Source: Laetmonice hystrix (taxonomy: Eukaryota). From it: a DNA stretch of 64,000 nucleotides. The notes beneath the pieces were generated by a model that saw only the letters and a program-made list of their open reading frames with translations, had not been told where the DNA came from and made no database searches. The position numbers and the translations under genes were made by a program. This document shows positions 51,357-63,739 of the stretch, piece after piece. The stretch spans positions 28,396,001-28,460,000 of the forward strand of contig OZ249439.1 in the NCBI GenBank assembly GCA_965235115.1, read 5' to 3'. Positions within the stretch are counted from its first letter, which is position 1; each line of letters starts with the position of its first letter.

Positions 51357-52097
51357 CACAGTGGCCAGACTTTGTGTCAGGGTACATCAATAAACTGTGA
51401 TCCTGTCAAACAAAAGTTACTGTAAATATTGCAATAACAGCCCTTCAGTGGCACACTACAACAATCTTGCTGTTACCCGTCACAGTGGCCAGACTTTGTG
51501 TCAGGGTACATCAATAAACTGCGATCCTGTCAAACAAAAGTTACTGTAAATATTGCAATAACAGCCCTTCAGTGGCACACTACAACAATCTTGCTGTTAC
51601 CCGTCACAGTGGCCAGACTTTGTGTCAGGGTACATCAATAAACTGTGACCCTGTCAAACAAAAGTTACTGTAAATATTGCAATAACAGCCCTTCAGTGGC
51701 ACACTACAACAATCTTGCTGTTACCCGTCACAGTGGCCAGACTTTGTGTCAGGGTACATCAATAAACTGCGATCCTGTCAAACAAAAGTTACTGTAAATA
51801 TTGCAATAACAGCCCTTCAGTGGCACACTACAACAATCTTGCTGTTACCCGTCACAGTGGCCAGACTTTGTGTCAGGGTACATCAATAAACTGTGACCCT
51901 GTCAAACAAAAGTTACTGTAAATATTGCAATAACAGCCCTTCAGTGGCACACTACAACAATCTTGCTGTTACCCGTCACAGTGGCCAGACTTTGTGTCAG
52001 GGTACATCAATAAACTGCGATCCTGTCAAACAAAAGTTACTGTAAATATTGCAATAACAACAGCCCTTCAGTGGCACTCTACAACAATCTTGCTGTT
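51357..52097. repeat. 124-bp tandem repeat x6, near-identical
   Basis: Units start at 51357, 51481, 51605, 51729, 51853 and 51977. Confidence 0.97.
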
Positions 52098-54561
52098 GTA
52101 ATTTATTTCAATATTTGAAATCGGCCCAGTGAAGTCGATGACAAATAATTATCTCGACCAAACCGTCACACAGCAACTGGGTGAATGGTTTTATAACCAT
52201 GTTGCCATGGTTTCTGAGGCTGCCCCCTCTTCCCATAAGTTAGGGGAATCTTCTCCCAAAAACTGCCTTTCAAAGATATCTTGGGTCTAAACGAGAAACT
52301 CCATGAACTGTTGGCCACCATTGCTAGTATGTACCCGTGTCCTGGGACTGGCTCCGTCTCCAGGACAATTGATTGCCATCTGCGGGCATTCCCAGCTACG
52401 TACCCAATCATTTAGCCGACATTACAAGTCACGCTTGTCAGCTCCCGCGTCAGTGTTCTAGTACCTCGGCCTTCCCCGTCCCCATTTTACAGGCCCCTCT
52501 CTCCCTCCGACTGACTATACTATAACAGTAACTGGCCTATCTTCTTAATCGTTGCCCCTTCGGTGGTTTTCATTGTCGGCACATGCAAACGTTTATAATA
52601 TTTGAATAAAAGCCCAGAGACTGAAATACCGAACTTAGGCGACTCTGCCTGGCTGAATTCTGAGTGGACTTCATTTACAATTCCAAGCGCGCAGTTGACC
52701 GGGCCGACTTGAATGAAAACATAACGAAAACTATGCAGCCTCCAGAATGGTGGTGTTGTATGGCGGGAAGGCTGAGATGTCGATTCAGCTGGTGTTTGGC
52801 CCACCCTCGTTAACGTTGATGTCTGTTGATATCTGTCTGTTGATATCTGTCTGTTGATATCTGTTGACGTCTGTTGATATCTTCACGGGACTAATAATCA
52901 TCCCCACATTCTACAGACATTACATCGGAAACTTCACGGCAGACTTCACTAACTTGGCGCATTCCTGACCTGCCTGTATCTGTGGCAGTGATGTGTAGCT
53001 GACTCATCACGTCTGTGCAAAGATATCCATGAAAGTAAAGCTAGATCATGAAGGGGGGAAAGGGAAACTTATGAAGCACTGACTTACAAAAGTTTAAAGG
53101 CTTTCCTCCACAAAAGATTATGTTCATATATTAAACATGAACGGGTGTGACATTTATATCTGAAGCACTTTGCAATGATTGTAGATGGCAAAAGTATTGT
53201 CCCTTTAAATCATTTCTGCAAATAAAGACCTTCAAGAAGGATGGCTTAAAATTTATGACCTTTTTAACCTCTGGAAAATCAAAATCAAAAGACTTTCAAT
53301 GTTTTTAGGATCCACAGGAATCCTGTGTAAGCGAGATAACGAATTGGGCAAAAAGGGTTCCATCCGCTGACTGTGTTCAGTCTTCCAGTTGCCGAGATGG
53401 CGATCTCTGGGGCTGACCGCTAGAGGGCAGCAGATCTCCTGACTTTGAGCCATCAATCCCACGCCAAATCAACCGTATCCCGGCCAGCCCCGGTACCGAC
53501 ACCAAACGGGCATTTCGGCGTGGGCCCAGCGCCATCATCATGATGATGGCTGGAGAGTCTTTGGACCCCCCCCCCCTCCTCCCACCCCCCCCCTCCTCCT
53601 CCTCTACAGACAAGGTGTCAGCACCCCCAGACCCACCCACCCCCACCCTCCACTCCACGGCAGTCAATATCCGCCATCGATCCGACAAACACCAACCTCC
53701 CCACCCACTTTAAAACCACAGGCACCGGCCATGTTGAACAAAACCCTGCTCGCCAAACGGAACTTCCCAAATCTGGGAAATCCGAAATGTTGAACTTGAA
53801 GCTCATCTCCGAGATGAGCAAAATAAAACCGGGAGCACTGAATTACAAGGTGACTTAGGACAGTGACAGGAAAAGCTGCGAAGCGATGATTTATGTTTCA
53901 GTGTTGATTTTTAGCACCAGAGGGCGGTCGGGTTCTGCTTTCAATGGAAGAATTTTTCCACTTCATTACGAATAAATCATGTGTTATCAAGGAGCTACCT
54001 CTGACTGGCAGCATTGATACAAACACCATGTGCAATTGGTAACCATGCCTAGAGGTGATTTCTACCACTTACGACCAAATAAATGAGGCTCTCCGCGATC
54101 AGTAACTGTTGCGAACCGTTTCAAATTTAGTCTAAATTACGAACTTATGCCCAAACAGCTAAAGTGGCGAGAGTCTTTGGGGAAATATCTGCTCCTGCAG
54201 CAATGCTCATTAGCAAGAGGAGCTCTAGCTTAGCTCAATGAGCAACAACAGCACCAACTGCTGCAGCTGCTGTGGCTCATCAATCCGCTCTACAACAGCG
54301 CCACCTGGCAATAACCTAGTGGACTATCGCCACAGTGCTGTGGCCTTATTGACTTGTGCGTCCTGCTGAGTGAGTTCACAGACCAAGCGCTGGGGTGTAC
54401 GAGGAACCTGTCAAAATAACTGATATTAAAAACTCTGCCAGGAGGCCGCCAGAAAACCACCTCTTATAGCATCTAGTTTAGCAACTGATATGATTGTGTG
54501 ACATATTCCGTTAAATGCCCCATACCTTTTACATATAGATGCTCTAGTACAAAAGATGTAC

Positions 54562-54573
54562 CTGCCACTTTTG
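54562..54573 (-). CDS. Candidate 12-nt symmetric micro-exon (xKVA-G, phase 1-1)
   Basis: Strong acceptor ggttccccttttttattcag|CAAAAGTGGCAG|gtacat; open in phase 1, compatible with exon A. Confidence 0.3.
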
Positions 54574-54714
54574 CTGAATAAAAAAAGGGGAACCTGTTAA
54601 AATATTATCACATTGTTTTAAGCTAGCTCAATAAAACGACTCGGTTTCTTAGACCTTGTGTTTCAAACGGGCATAAGCCACGGTCCCAGCCACGCCTCAC
54701 GGGCCACCTCCGTC

Positions 54715-55863
54715 CTAGCCACACGTCACCCCGTCCCAGCCACACGTCACCCCGTCCCAGCCACACGTCACCCCGTCCCAGCCACACGTCACCCCGTCCC
54801 AGCCACACGTCACCTCCGTCCCAGCCACACGTCACCCCGTCCCAGCCACACGTCACCCCGTCCCAGCCACACGTCACCTCCGTCCCAGCCACACGTCACC
54901 CCGTCCCAGCCACACGTCACCCCGTCCCAGCCACACGTCACCTCCGTCCCAGCCACACGTCACCCCGTCCCAGCCACACGTCACCTCCGTCCCAGCCACA
55001 CGTCACCCCGTCCCAGCCACACGTCACCCCGTCCCAGCCACACGTCACCCAACCCCCGTCCCAGCCACACGTCACCCCGTCCCAGCCACACGTCACCCCG
55101 TCCCAGCCACACGTCACCCCGTCCCAGCCACACGTCACCCCGTCCCAGCTACACGTCACCCCGTCCCACCCACACGTCACCCCGTCCCAGCCACACGTCA
55201 CCCCGTCCCAGCCACACGTCACCCCGTCCCAGCCACACGTCACCCCGTCCCAGCCACACGTCACCCAGGCCAACCCCCGTCCCAGCCACACGTCACCCCG
55301 TCCCACCCACACGTCACCCCGTCCCACCCACACGTCACCTCCGTCCCAGCCACACGTCACCTCCGTCCCAGCCACACGTCACCTCCGTCCCACCCACACG
55401 TCACCCCGTCCCACCCACACGTCACCCCGTCCCAGCCACACGTCACCTCCGTCCCAGCCACACGTCACCTCCGTCCCAGCCACACGTCACCCCGTCCCAG
55501 CCACACGTCACCCAACCCCCGTCCCAGCCACACGTCACCTCCGTCCCAGCCACACGTCACCCCGTCCCAGCCACACGTCACCTCCGTCCCAGCCACACGT
55601 CACCTCCGTCCCAGCCACACGTCACCCCGTCCCAGCCACACGTCACCCAACCCCCGTCCCAGCCACACGTCACCCCGTCCAAGCCACACGTCACCCCGTC
55701 CAAGCCACACGTCACCCCGTCCCAGCCACACGTCACCCCGTCCCACCCACACGTCACCCCGTCCCACCCACACGTCACCCCGTCCCACCCACACGTCACC
55801 CCGTCCCACCCACACGTCACCCCGTCCCAGCCACACGTCACCTCCATCCCAACCACACGTCAC
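54715..55863. repeat. 21-22-bp C-rich minisatellite (CCCGTCCCAGCCACACGTCAC), about 53 copies
   Basis: Direct inspection; source of the PRPSHTS / VTCGWDG ORFs. Confidence 0.97.
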
Positions 55864-56428
55864 CCCACCTCCGTCCCAGCCAATGGCTAGGCCTACATGC
55901 CCCACCCACGCCCCACCTTATGTCTCGCCAGGAGACACGGAACCAGGCTAGACCCGGCAACAAAAGCCATCGATAATTTCGACAGCTCGAGACGTAATAC
56001 TGTTGCCACATGGTCCAATGTGGCCTGAGCCAGCGTCTGGTCGGGACACAAGTTTGCAAACAGACTGGCCGCCCCCATCCATTGCCTTCAGCCACCCACC
56101 CTGCCACTCTACTGGCCAGTAGAGTGGTCAGTGGAGTGGTCAGTGGAGTGGTCATTGCTGGTCACCCTCGGCCACCTGCCACCTGGCTCACCCGACTCGG
56201 GGGTCTGTGTCTGGACTTGTCAACATTCGCCACCTGCATGACCGGACCAGCCGTTTGGCCGCACAGTATCGCACTTTCTCTATACTACTCACATCAACAT
56301 TTGCCACCCGCATGACCGGACCAGCCGTTTGGCCGCACAGTATCGCACTTTCTCTATACTACTCACATATATCGCCCCAGCAGACAAAACAAACTACTGG
56401 AGTACTTGGTCTGTCCAAAAGTTAGATA

Positions 56429-56635
56429 CAAGGTGTCTGAAAAAAAAACCGAGTAACCATATTCACAAGTAACTGTACATACAGCACTGTGCAGTCGTCA
56501 TACTCATCAAGTTAAAAAACGTAATGACGATAAAATATTAATAGATATTACCAGGTCATCGGGTACTTTAACCGTGTTCGTAAAACCTCCAGAAATAATT
56601 ATGTTTGTGTCTTTCTTTTCTTTCCGAACACCCTG
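56429..56635. mobile_element. Tc1/mariner-type MITE
   Basis: TA|CAAGGTGTCTGAAAA ... TTTCCGAACACCCTG|TA; imperfect TIR, TA target duplication. Confidence 0.65.
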
Positions 56636-58817
56636 TACTGAGAGGAGTCCATCCCGTCCCGGCTGTGAATGATGATGTAGTTATTGACAGCGACAAACAC
56701 TATCCTTGGTGTTGACGTAATTAGCAACTATTTACAGTGTCATGATTAGCTACAACCCCCTCCCTTCCCCCAACACAACATCATCCAGCCTCACCGGGCA
56801 CTGTGACAAGGCATCAGGTACCCATGTGGCAGTAATAAATTGATACACTGGGTCTCAGTAAGTCTCTGGGTGGACCCAACCATCATCAGCTTCCCATAAT
56901 TGCGAACCATTTTTGAGAAATCTTTTCGCCTCGATGCGATATCACATGTCTGTCTGTGCTCATCAACCACAACTTTGCCACCAAGGCTCATGCGCCGTGT
57001 CTGCCCATTACGTTCACAGAGCACCCCTTCATCCCTACCCTACCCCGTCTTTCATCCATTCATGAGCCACGTTGTCTGACTACAAATTACCCCAACCTCT
57101 CTCTTGAGACCCCGCTACTGAAAGATCCACCTTAGGTGGTGGTCAGTGGAGGCCATCTCGGCCGCCAGAACCAGGTCACGACTGGGGAGGGAGAGGGGGG
57201 GGGGGGTAAGAGGGGTAAATTAGAATGGAAGACGTCAAGAACTGACAATGACACCCCGTGACGTCATACCTTCTCGAGCCAAGACCCCTGGGAGGCGTAT
57301 TAAATATGATGTAAACCCCTTGCGTTATAAGTTATAACTTTTATCGGCCAACTTTGTGGCCACAGCTGTATGAATCATTGAATGAGACGACAGGGTCGTG
57401 ATCACACTACATGGAGGCTGTGGCAAGAAATCCCCAAATTCTGTAGCGATGTTTTTTTTTCAAATTTTTGCACCTGTGTAGAACACCTGTGTAGATCACA
57501 TAGACCTTGGCCCCCTGTATCACATTTCCATGACGGCCATATTTCTCCATACAATTACAAGTTACAGCGTCACAAGAGGGATAATAATTTGACTCTACCC
57601 TGTCACGCTATTTAGGTAATGTTAAAAAAAAGAGCATAATACCCTGCCACGCTATTTGGTTAATGTTAAAAAAACAGCATATTCACTGATATGTTTTTAG
57701 CATACATTCTTTCAAATGCTACAATGAACCAGTACACTTATTTGAATTTTACGTTAAAGATGCCAGCACTGCAGCGAGAAAAAGGTTACTGAATTTGGGA
57801 ACAGAATGCACATAATCATGTTTTTAAATTAAAGCCGTGAGCGCCGCTGCGTATTTCCGTGCCATCTGCTACACTCTGGGTTAATCATTCTGGACTCACA
57901 TGACACCGGTACAGTATGTTGCAGTAACTGAGATAGTTATCTTCAATCCTGTCTACACATTACCATGATGGTATTTTCATAGTCACAGCAGCAATAACTG
58001 GGAATGGCTCTCCTGGTGTTTGGTTTAGATGGTCATACACTGAGCACAGTAAATAAACCAACCCCATCTGGTGGGAAACATTGGTAACATGGTCCGAGTA
58101 ACGGCTGGATGTGACGGTTATCTCATGGCAGTAGAAACGATCATATAATACATGGTGACCCCTGGGGGCACTGTTTAATCTCACTAACCCCCAGCCTCCA
58201 CCTCCATACCCCCCAGTTGGGGGGGGGGGGGGGTCGGGGGGTCGGGGGGTCGGTGAGCCCGAGGTGGTGCCACTCTACCGTTTGGCTGCAGGAACACCGC
58301 CACTCGAGGTGCTGACCCCTAGTGACTGGCGGCGTTACTAAGTAACCTTCTCACCCAGCCAAGTGTTAGAGAAACAAACAGTCTGCACCAAATTATATAC
58401 TTTTTCCAGTACTGATCTCAACTGTAGGGCTAGTTGAAGTCAATTTTTTTTACTAGTGCCCCTATCTTTTCCGCAAAACAAGTGCAATGCGATTTGGGGG
58501 GAGGGTGTGGGAGGCAGCCATTTTCTCGCCTTGGCGCCAGGTGTAGACCCAGTCAAATGTTTGCCTGGAAATTCCGTTTTGAACTTTTATAATTCCGTTT
58601 TTTTTTCCGTTTAAGTATTTTCTCAGTATACAGGGTGCCCCAAAAAATGTGAAACCATATCTGCACACCTGTCACATTTGCGAGTCCAGTCTGTTTGCTG
58701 TAAGAAGAGCTCGAGCCATGACCCTCTCACCCCACTCCTCTAGCGGGTCAAGCCAGGCCAACCCAGGTCCCAGCTACACTGTATACAGTCGACTGGGGAA
58801 TTACCAGTAGTAAAAAT

Positions 58818-60311
58818 CAGGGATGAAAGTGGCCAGCGGCAGCGGTAAAATTTCCTGAAATCCTGACCGGGGGGCAGCGGCGGGGGCCAATGTCCATAAT
58901 TAATATTTGTTTGTGCGCACATCCAAGGGGCTTACCGGCAAGTTACCCCCCCCCCTTAAAAAAAGTCAGGCTAGGAACAGCAGACAATCATGATCCGATA
59001 AGGCCTCCTCGAGCTATTATATATTATAGGGCCTAGCCCTCAGTATTTAGTCGCCACCCCCCCACCCCCACCCCCACCCCCACCCCCCAACCCCCCCAAC
59101 CCCCTGCAAATTTGCTGGATAGACTCCATCACTCATCAGTCCATGCCCCTGTTCAAGGCTGTTGCTTGCCTGTCACTCAATCACCCTCTGCCTGGCTCTG
59201 CCGTCTCTCTCCAACATTGGAATCCAGTCGGCTTTTAGCGTCCAAAATGCACCCGATTACGTTGTCAAACAGCTTCCATGTGTTAGACTGACCACACAGG
59301 CTGTATATCAGTCTTGACCCTCAGCAGTCACGACCCTCAGCGGCTCTCAGCCAAGCAACACAGTCGCTGAGTCGAGTGGTTCAGCCCGTGTGTCCATGTG
59401 CCACTCATGTTGTTGTAAATATTGTCACTTCCGGTCTTATCAGGACACCTGCACTGATCAACAAATGTAATGAAAAGTCCTGACAACCCCAAAACTTCAG
59501 TGAAAACCACTTACGTAATGCCATTATCCTCAAATTTATATGCAAGAAAACATTATGAGAACTTACTGACATATATACTAGGCAGATTCATAGAACTAAA
59601 TTGACCCAGTTTCCTGTGAGTGTGAGGAGTGACATTGTGATGGTGCGCAGTTCGTCAGCCTAATCACTATCACCGGGACTAGACAGACCGGTCTGTCTAT
59701 AGTCTCGTTGCTATCACTAAGTGAGCGCTCAGGCAAAACTCGCGCATGGATATGGCATAATGGCAAGCCTGAATCAACGGGCTTCGCAGCTGCCTGACCA
59801 TCAGTTTTGCCTGAAGTCATTACCTGAGGTGAGTTGCTCTCACCACAGCGACACGGGGCCGTGCCTGCCAGACGGGACAGACGCCACCGCGTGCTGGTAG
59901 AAGTCAGCCCACGCGGGCCGGTCTATGTGAGCGATGTCACCACAGCTACAGGGACCGCGGGCGGTACACCAGCACCCCCGGCAGACCGGCCTATGCACGG
60001 CGGTACCCGTGACACTGGACGGGTTTGAGACACTCTAATATCCCCATCTATAAACGAACTTTGGGCAGGTAGAGATATATTGAGCTGCATGGTGTTAAAA
60101 AACGTCCTGAAAGGGGATATTGTTTCATTTGATATTTAACAAATAAAATTGCCCACCACACAGTCCAGGGCAATACTTAGCCTTGGCTTAGGCCTACCTC
60201 TTTTGCCTATAGATCTAGGCCTATTTCCTTTTTTGGATGTTATTTCTTGGGGGGGGGGGATTTTTTCAAATTTCCTGATTTCAGGAAATTTCCTGAAAAC
60301 TTTCATCCCTG
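58818..60311. mobile_element. 1.49-kb non-autonomous TIR DNA transposon (hAT-like CAGGG ends) with 6-bp TSD
   Basis: Perfect 13-bp TIR CAGGGATGAAAGT...ACTTTCATCCCTG, shared subterminal inverted AAATTTCCTGAAATC, flanked by direct repeat AAAAAT (58812-17; 60312-17). No transposase ORF. Confidence 0.75.
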
Positions 60312-62515
60312 AAAAATGACGTTTTCCGTTATTTTCCGTTTTACACTGGAAATTCCGTTTCAGATAGTAAATTCCGTTTCAAATAGTAAATTCCGCGATT
60401 CCGTCCGCGATTGCGGACTGGCTCTACTGGTGGGCAAGTGCAGCTAGTGCTTAACTAGCCCGTTGCAATTTCTACTAGACTCTGGCTCCTGGCTAGTGGC
60501 CAAAGTCGCAGACTGGGCAAACAGATAGAGAACTAGCATTTTATGAAGATCTGATTCCACGTGATTTCATAACTGATACTGAAGATGTAAAAATTTACTG
60601 AATTAATAAAAAAAACCACTTGGGCTTTAGAAGTCAGTGATACAGGATTGGCAAGTCTTGTTTGCTACATGGTTTCGTTTGCGGCGTTTTCCTCACAAAA
60701 CTTAATGGCTATAATTAAAGGTCACACTATGTGGAAAGCCATGAAAGCCAGGCTTTTGAGCTATGCTTAGTCTCCCTCACTGAGAAAGTCTGAGAAACAC
60801 TTGACAAGTTCGCACCTGAGCATGAAACATAATGGGGTACTATACGCCAAAACACTCGGAAGGTGGCGCTTCCACCAACTAAGCCATCCAAAAACGAGGT
60901 TGCTATTGTAAAGGATAGGGTGGCTGCCATCAAGCCACGATTAGTAGTGATTACACTTCTTTCGGGTCGTTTGTAATATTCAGACATCGTGAAAAGTGCA
61001 GACATATGTCTCTTTTGTTTTCAACATCAAAAGATACCTAATTTAAAAGATGACAACAATTTTAAAAACCATTATTTGTATCAATGTTACCGGTTCTAGG
61101 CTAGACCTATTGTCAGAACCAATCAGCCTAGACTAGCGTGACATTCAAAATGGCGGAGTTCCAGCTGTCACTTCGACTTTTGTAACTATTGGAATAACAT
61201 GCAAATGAACACCTAACGTGGCGTAGGTATCTGAAATGTGATATTTTATGAAATACCCCTCGTACAGAACTGAAGACTTGTCTATTATCTTTAGTCTACG
61301 CCCATAAGGTACTGTCGGCAGTGAGCAGGGACATTCCCGGACAATGTTTTGACCACGTGATTTGATTGCGCCGCAATATAGCCTAGACTTCTAGGCTGCT
61401 AAAAGACCTTCAGTTCGTCTATTCAGACTTAGGACAATCTTCTATCTATGCCTCGATGTCGTGATGCTTCTTCAGTTAATGGTTGCTACTATGCTCACAA
61501 TCTGTGATAAGCTAACGTGTGGTTCAGCAGAGCCTCCAGCCAGGCTGAGCCAAGCCTAGCCAGGCCTACTGCATGGCGTAGTTCCTGACAGCGCCACCTG
61601 TCGGATTAGTTCTGAGAGCACCCCATTATAAGGAGCATGTGCTGATTGTGGGGCGGGAGGTGCGACTCGCACGTTCAAATACATGAGTCGAGTGATAATC
61701 ATTGCCAGACCTTCCAAGCACATTGTCGCATTAGTGAGTGTTTTGTCAGTAAAGTTAGCATGTTCGGTGAGGGGAATCAGTTGTCGAAATCGGAAGTTCA
61801 ATACATTGGATATTTCGAGCAAAAAAACTTAAGTAACAACATTTCAACCTAAATGGCATGCCAAAACCTGCAATGCCAAAGCCAAACATGCAGGAGAAAG
61901 AGGCCTAATTAAGTAATTAATTAGAGTCGTAGCTCTATAACGTACTGACACATTTTAGGACCTTCGCTTCGGAAGCTTGTAACTGTTTATTCCACTACCA
62001 CTGACTGAGCAACTGAGTGACTAACTTCACTGACTAAGCCTAGGCTAAGGCTAAGCCAAGGCTGAGGCTTAAGCCAAGGTAGGCAGAATTATATAACAGG
62101 GTGTCAGGGGTCTAAGGACAGTGAGTAATGGGGCCTGGTGGGTACTAATATTAGTAGGCCTACGCCTAGGGATTACCTAATCGTTACAAGGTGGCGCCCC
62201 CTGTCGAACCATCCACCAAAATTAGCCTCCGCCGTTTATTTTATTTTGGCACCAGGGCAGGGGGCAAAAAACGCATCCAATTTTACTATGCAAATTAATT
62301 CTATACAATCTACTAAATGTATAAACAGTGTTCGGGAAAGCAAAATGTGTGCTTCCGCGGCACGCAGGCTGACAGTATGGGGAGGTTCTGTCAGCAGATT
62401 GTCCCATCTGTCATACTCATGGGACTGTCACCAACGCTGAGACGGGCGGGTGGTGCCCTCAACAACACCGGCCGATGAAACACTCAAACAGTCAAGCAAA
62501 AAAACTTCAACTGAC

Positions 62516-62558
62516 CTTCCGCCTTTTCCAAATCAGTGTAGTCTCGACGTGTAGCCAT
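62516..62558 (-). CDS. Candidate first coding exon A of an unidentified minus-strand gene (MATRRDYTDLEKAE-G)
   Basis: Kozak-like ttaaaATGG, 14 codons +1 nt, donor AAG|GTCAGT (phase 1); directly divergent from EXOSC9. No homology recognised. Confidence 0.55.
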
Positions 62559-62778
62559 TTTAACTATCCTCTATCTCTGCAATTTAAAATGAATCGTCAG
62601 ATATCGAGGGGAAATAAATAAATTATTCCCCTGTTTGGGATTACAGTTCCTCTTCGGTCGCCATCGCTAAAGGACCCGGATGTTGTGAGGGCCTCGTTTT
62701 GAATTTCGGCCACATGACGACAGATACCGTATTATCGCTCACACACAACGAGGAGTTGACAAGAAACAGTTAGCAAGC
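62559..62778. promoter_or_regulatory. Probable bidirectional promoter / 5' UTRs between EXOSC9 and a divergent minus-strand gene
   Basis: Only 220 bp separate the EXOSC9 ATG (62779, +) from the candidate minus-strand ATG (62558). Confidence 0.6.
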
Positions 62779-62844
62779 ATGCGAGAAACACCGTTCTCTA
62801 ATTGCGAAAGGGACTTTGTCCTTCAAGCTATATCGCAAAAGAAG
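62779..62844 (+). CDS. EXOSC9: Exosome complex component RRP45 (EXOSC9 / PM-Scl75), coding exon 1
   Basis: ATG at 62779 reads MRETPFSNCERDFVLQAISQKK, then donor AAG|GTATAT (phase 0). Closely resembles the vertebrate EXOSC9 N-terminus as I recall it (MKETPLSNCERRFLLRAIEEKK). Too short for the ORF track. Confidence 0.95.
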
Positions 62845-63739
62845 GTATATGTAAATGTTATTGTGTCTGATGCCCAGTCAGTGGCGATCAGGGAAACAAT
62901 CTTTATCAAGGCAGTGGTTAATAATCCTCAACATCATGTCAATCTACGCACACACTGACACAGTACAGTGACACAGTCACTCACAGTGTCACGTGTGTGC
63001 GGCATAACCCTTGCATAGCCTGCACTCCCACCAAGGTCTATGTGACAATCTACTACTAACCTTCTTAATAGACTCGTAATTTCTTAATCCTTGAAATCGC
63101 CCAGGTTAATTACCAGTTCAATGATGCTGAAAGGAATAAATTTAAAAGCCACCCTCTCTCGGGCCTCACCCAGGGCCAGGCAGTGAATACTGTAATGTAA
63201 ATCACCTTTTTAATTTGACGCGATTAAAATTTCGGGTCTTTTCATTTTGGGCTCGTTTGGCGTTTCTTAAATTGGCGTTTAGGCAATGGTATCCACGCCG
63301 TGACTTCAGTTCCAAGTGAAGTTCATTTTGCATTTGTTGATTTTGCAGGGGTTTTTTTTTAACGCGAAATTACAACACGTGTACGCCACATATACCAGAT
63401 ATACACTACTCTGAGACAATTAACTCTGTCTACCTTGTCGCCAGAATTTTTCTTTCACTGAATTTCAGGACATGTGAATAAAGTCTTTGATTCAGTTTGT
63501 TTCTATTGAAAGTAGGCTACGTGTATATACAACTATTTCTCGGTAAAAAAAGGTGGGTTCCTCAAACCCATTTTAAGTTAAGAAAATAAAAAGGCATGAT
63601 ATAGAATATGATCCTCAAAAAACAAATGCACCAAAAAACAACAAATTTGGGGGCGAGGTCTAGACTAGAGCTGAAAAAAGGTCAACGCCACCAATATGTC
63701 AAAGGCAAAGTAATACTCACTCTGAAATTTGTATTTTAG

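Noticed and set aside
50227-55905. Mucin-like Pro/Ser/Thr-rich ORFs from the 28-bp and 21-bp arrays
   Set aside because: Frequent unit-length indels shift frames and no splice context was found; typical minisatellite artefacts.
60730-61010. Stop-interrupted protein-like + frame; also 53040-53370 and 45420-45690
   Set aside because: May be decayed transposon coding remnants, but no catalytic motif or family is recognisable by eye.
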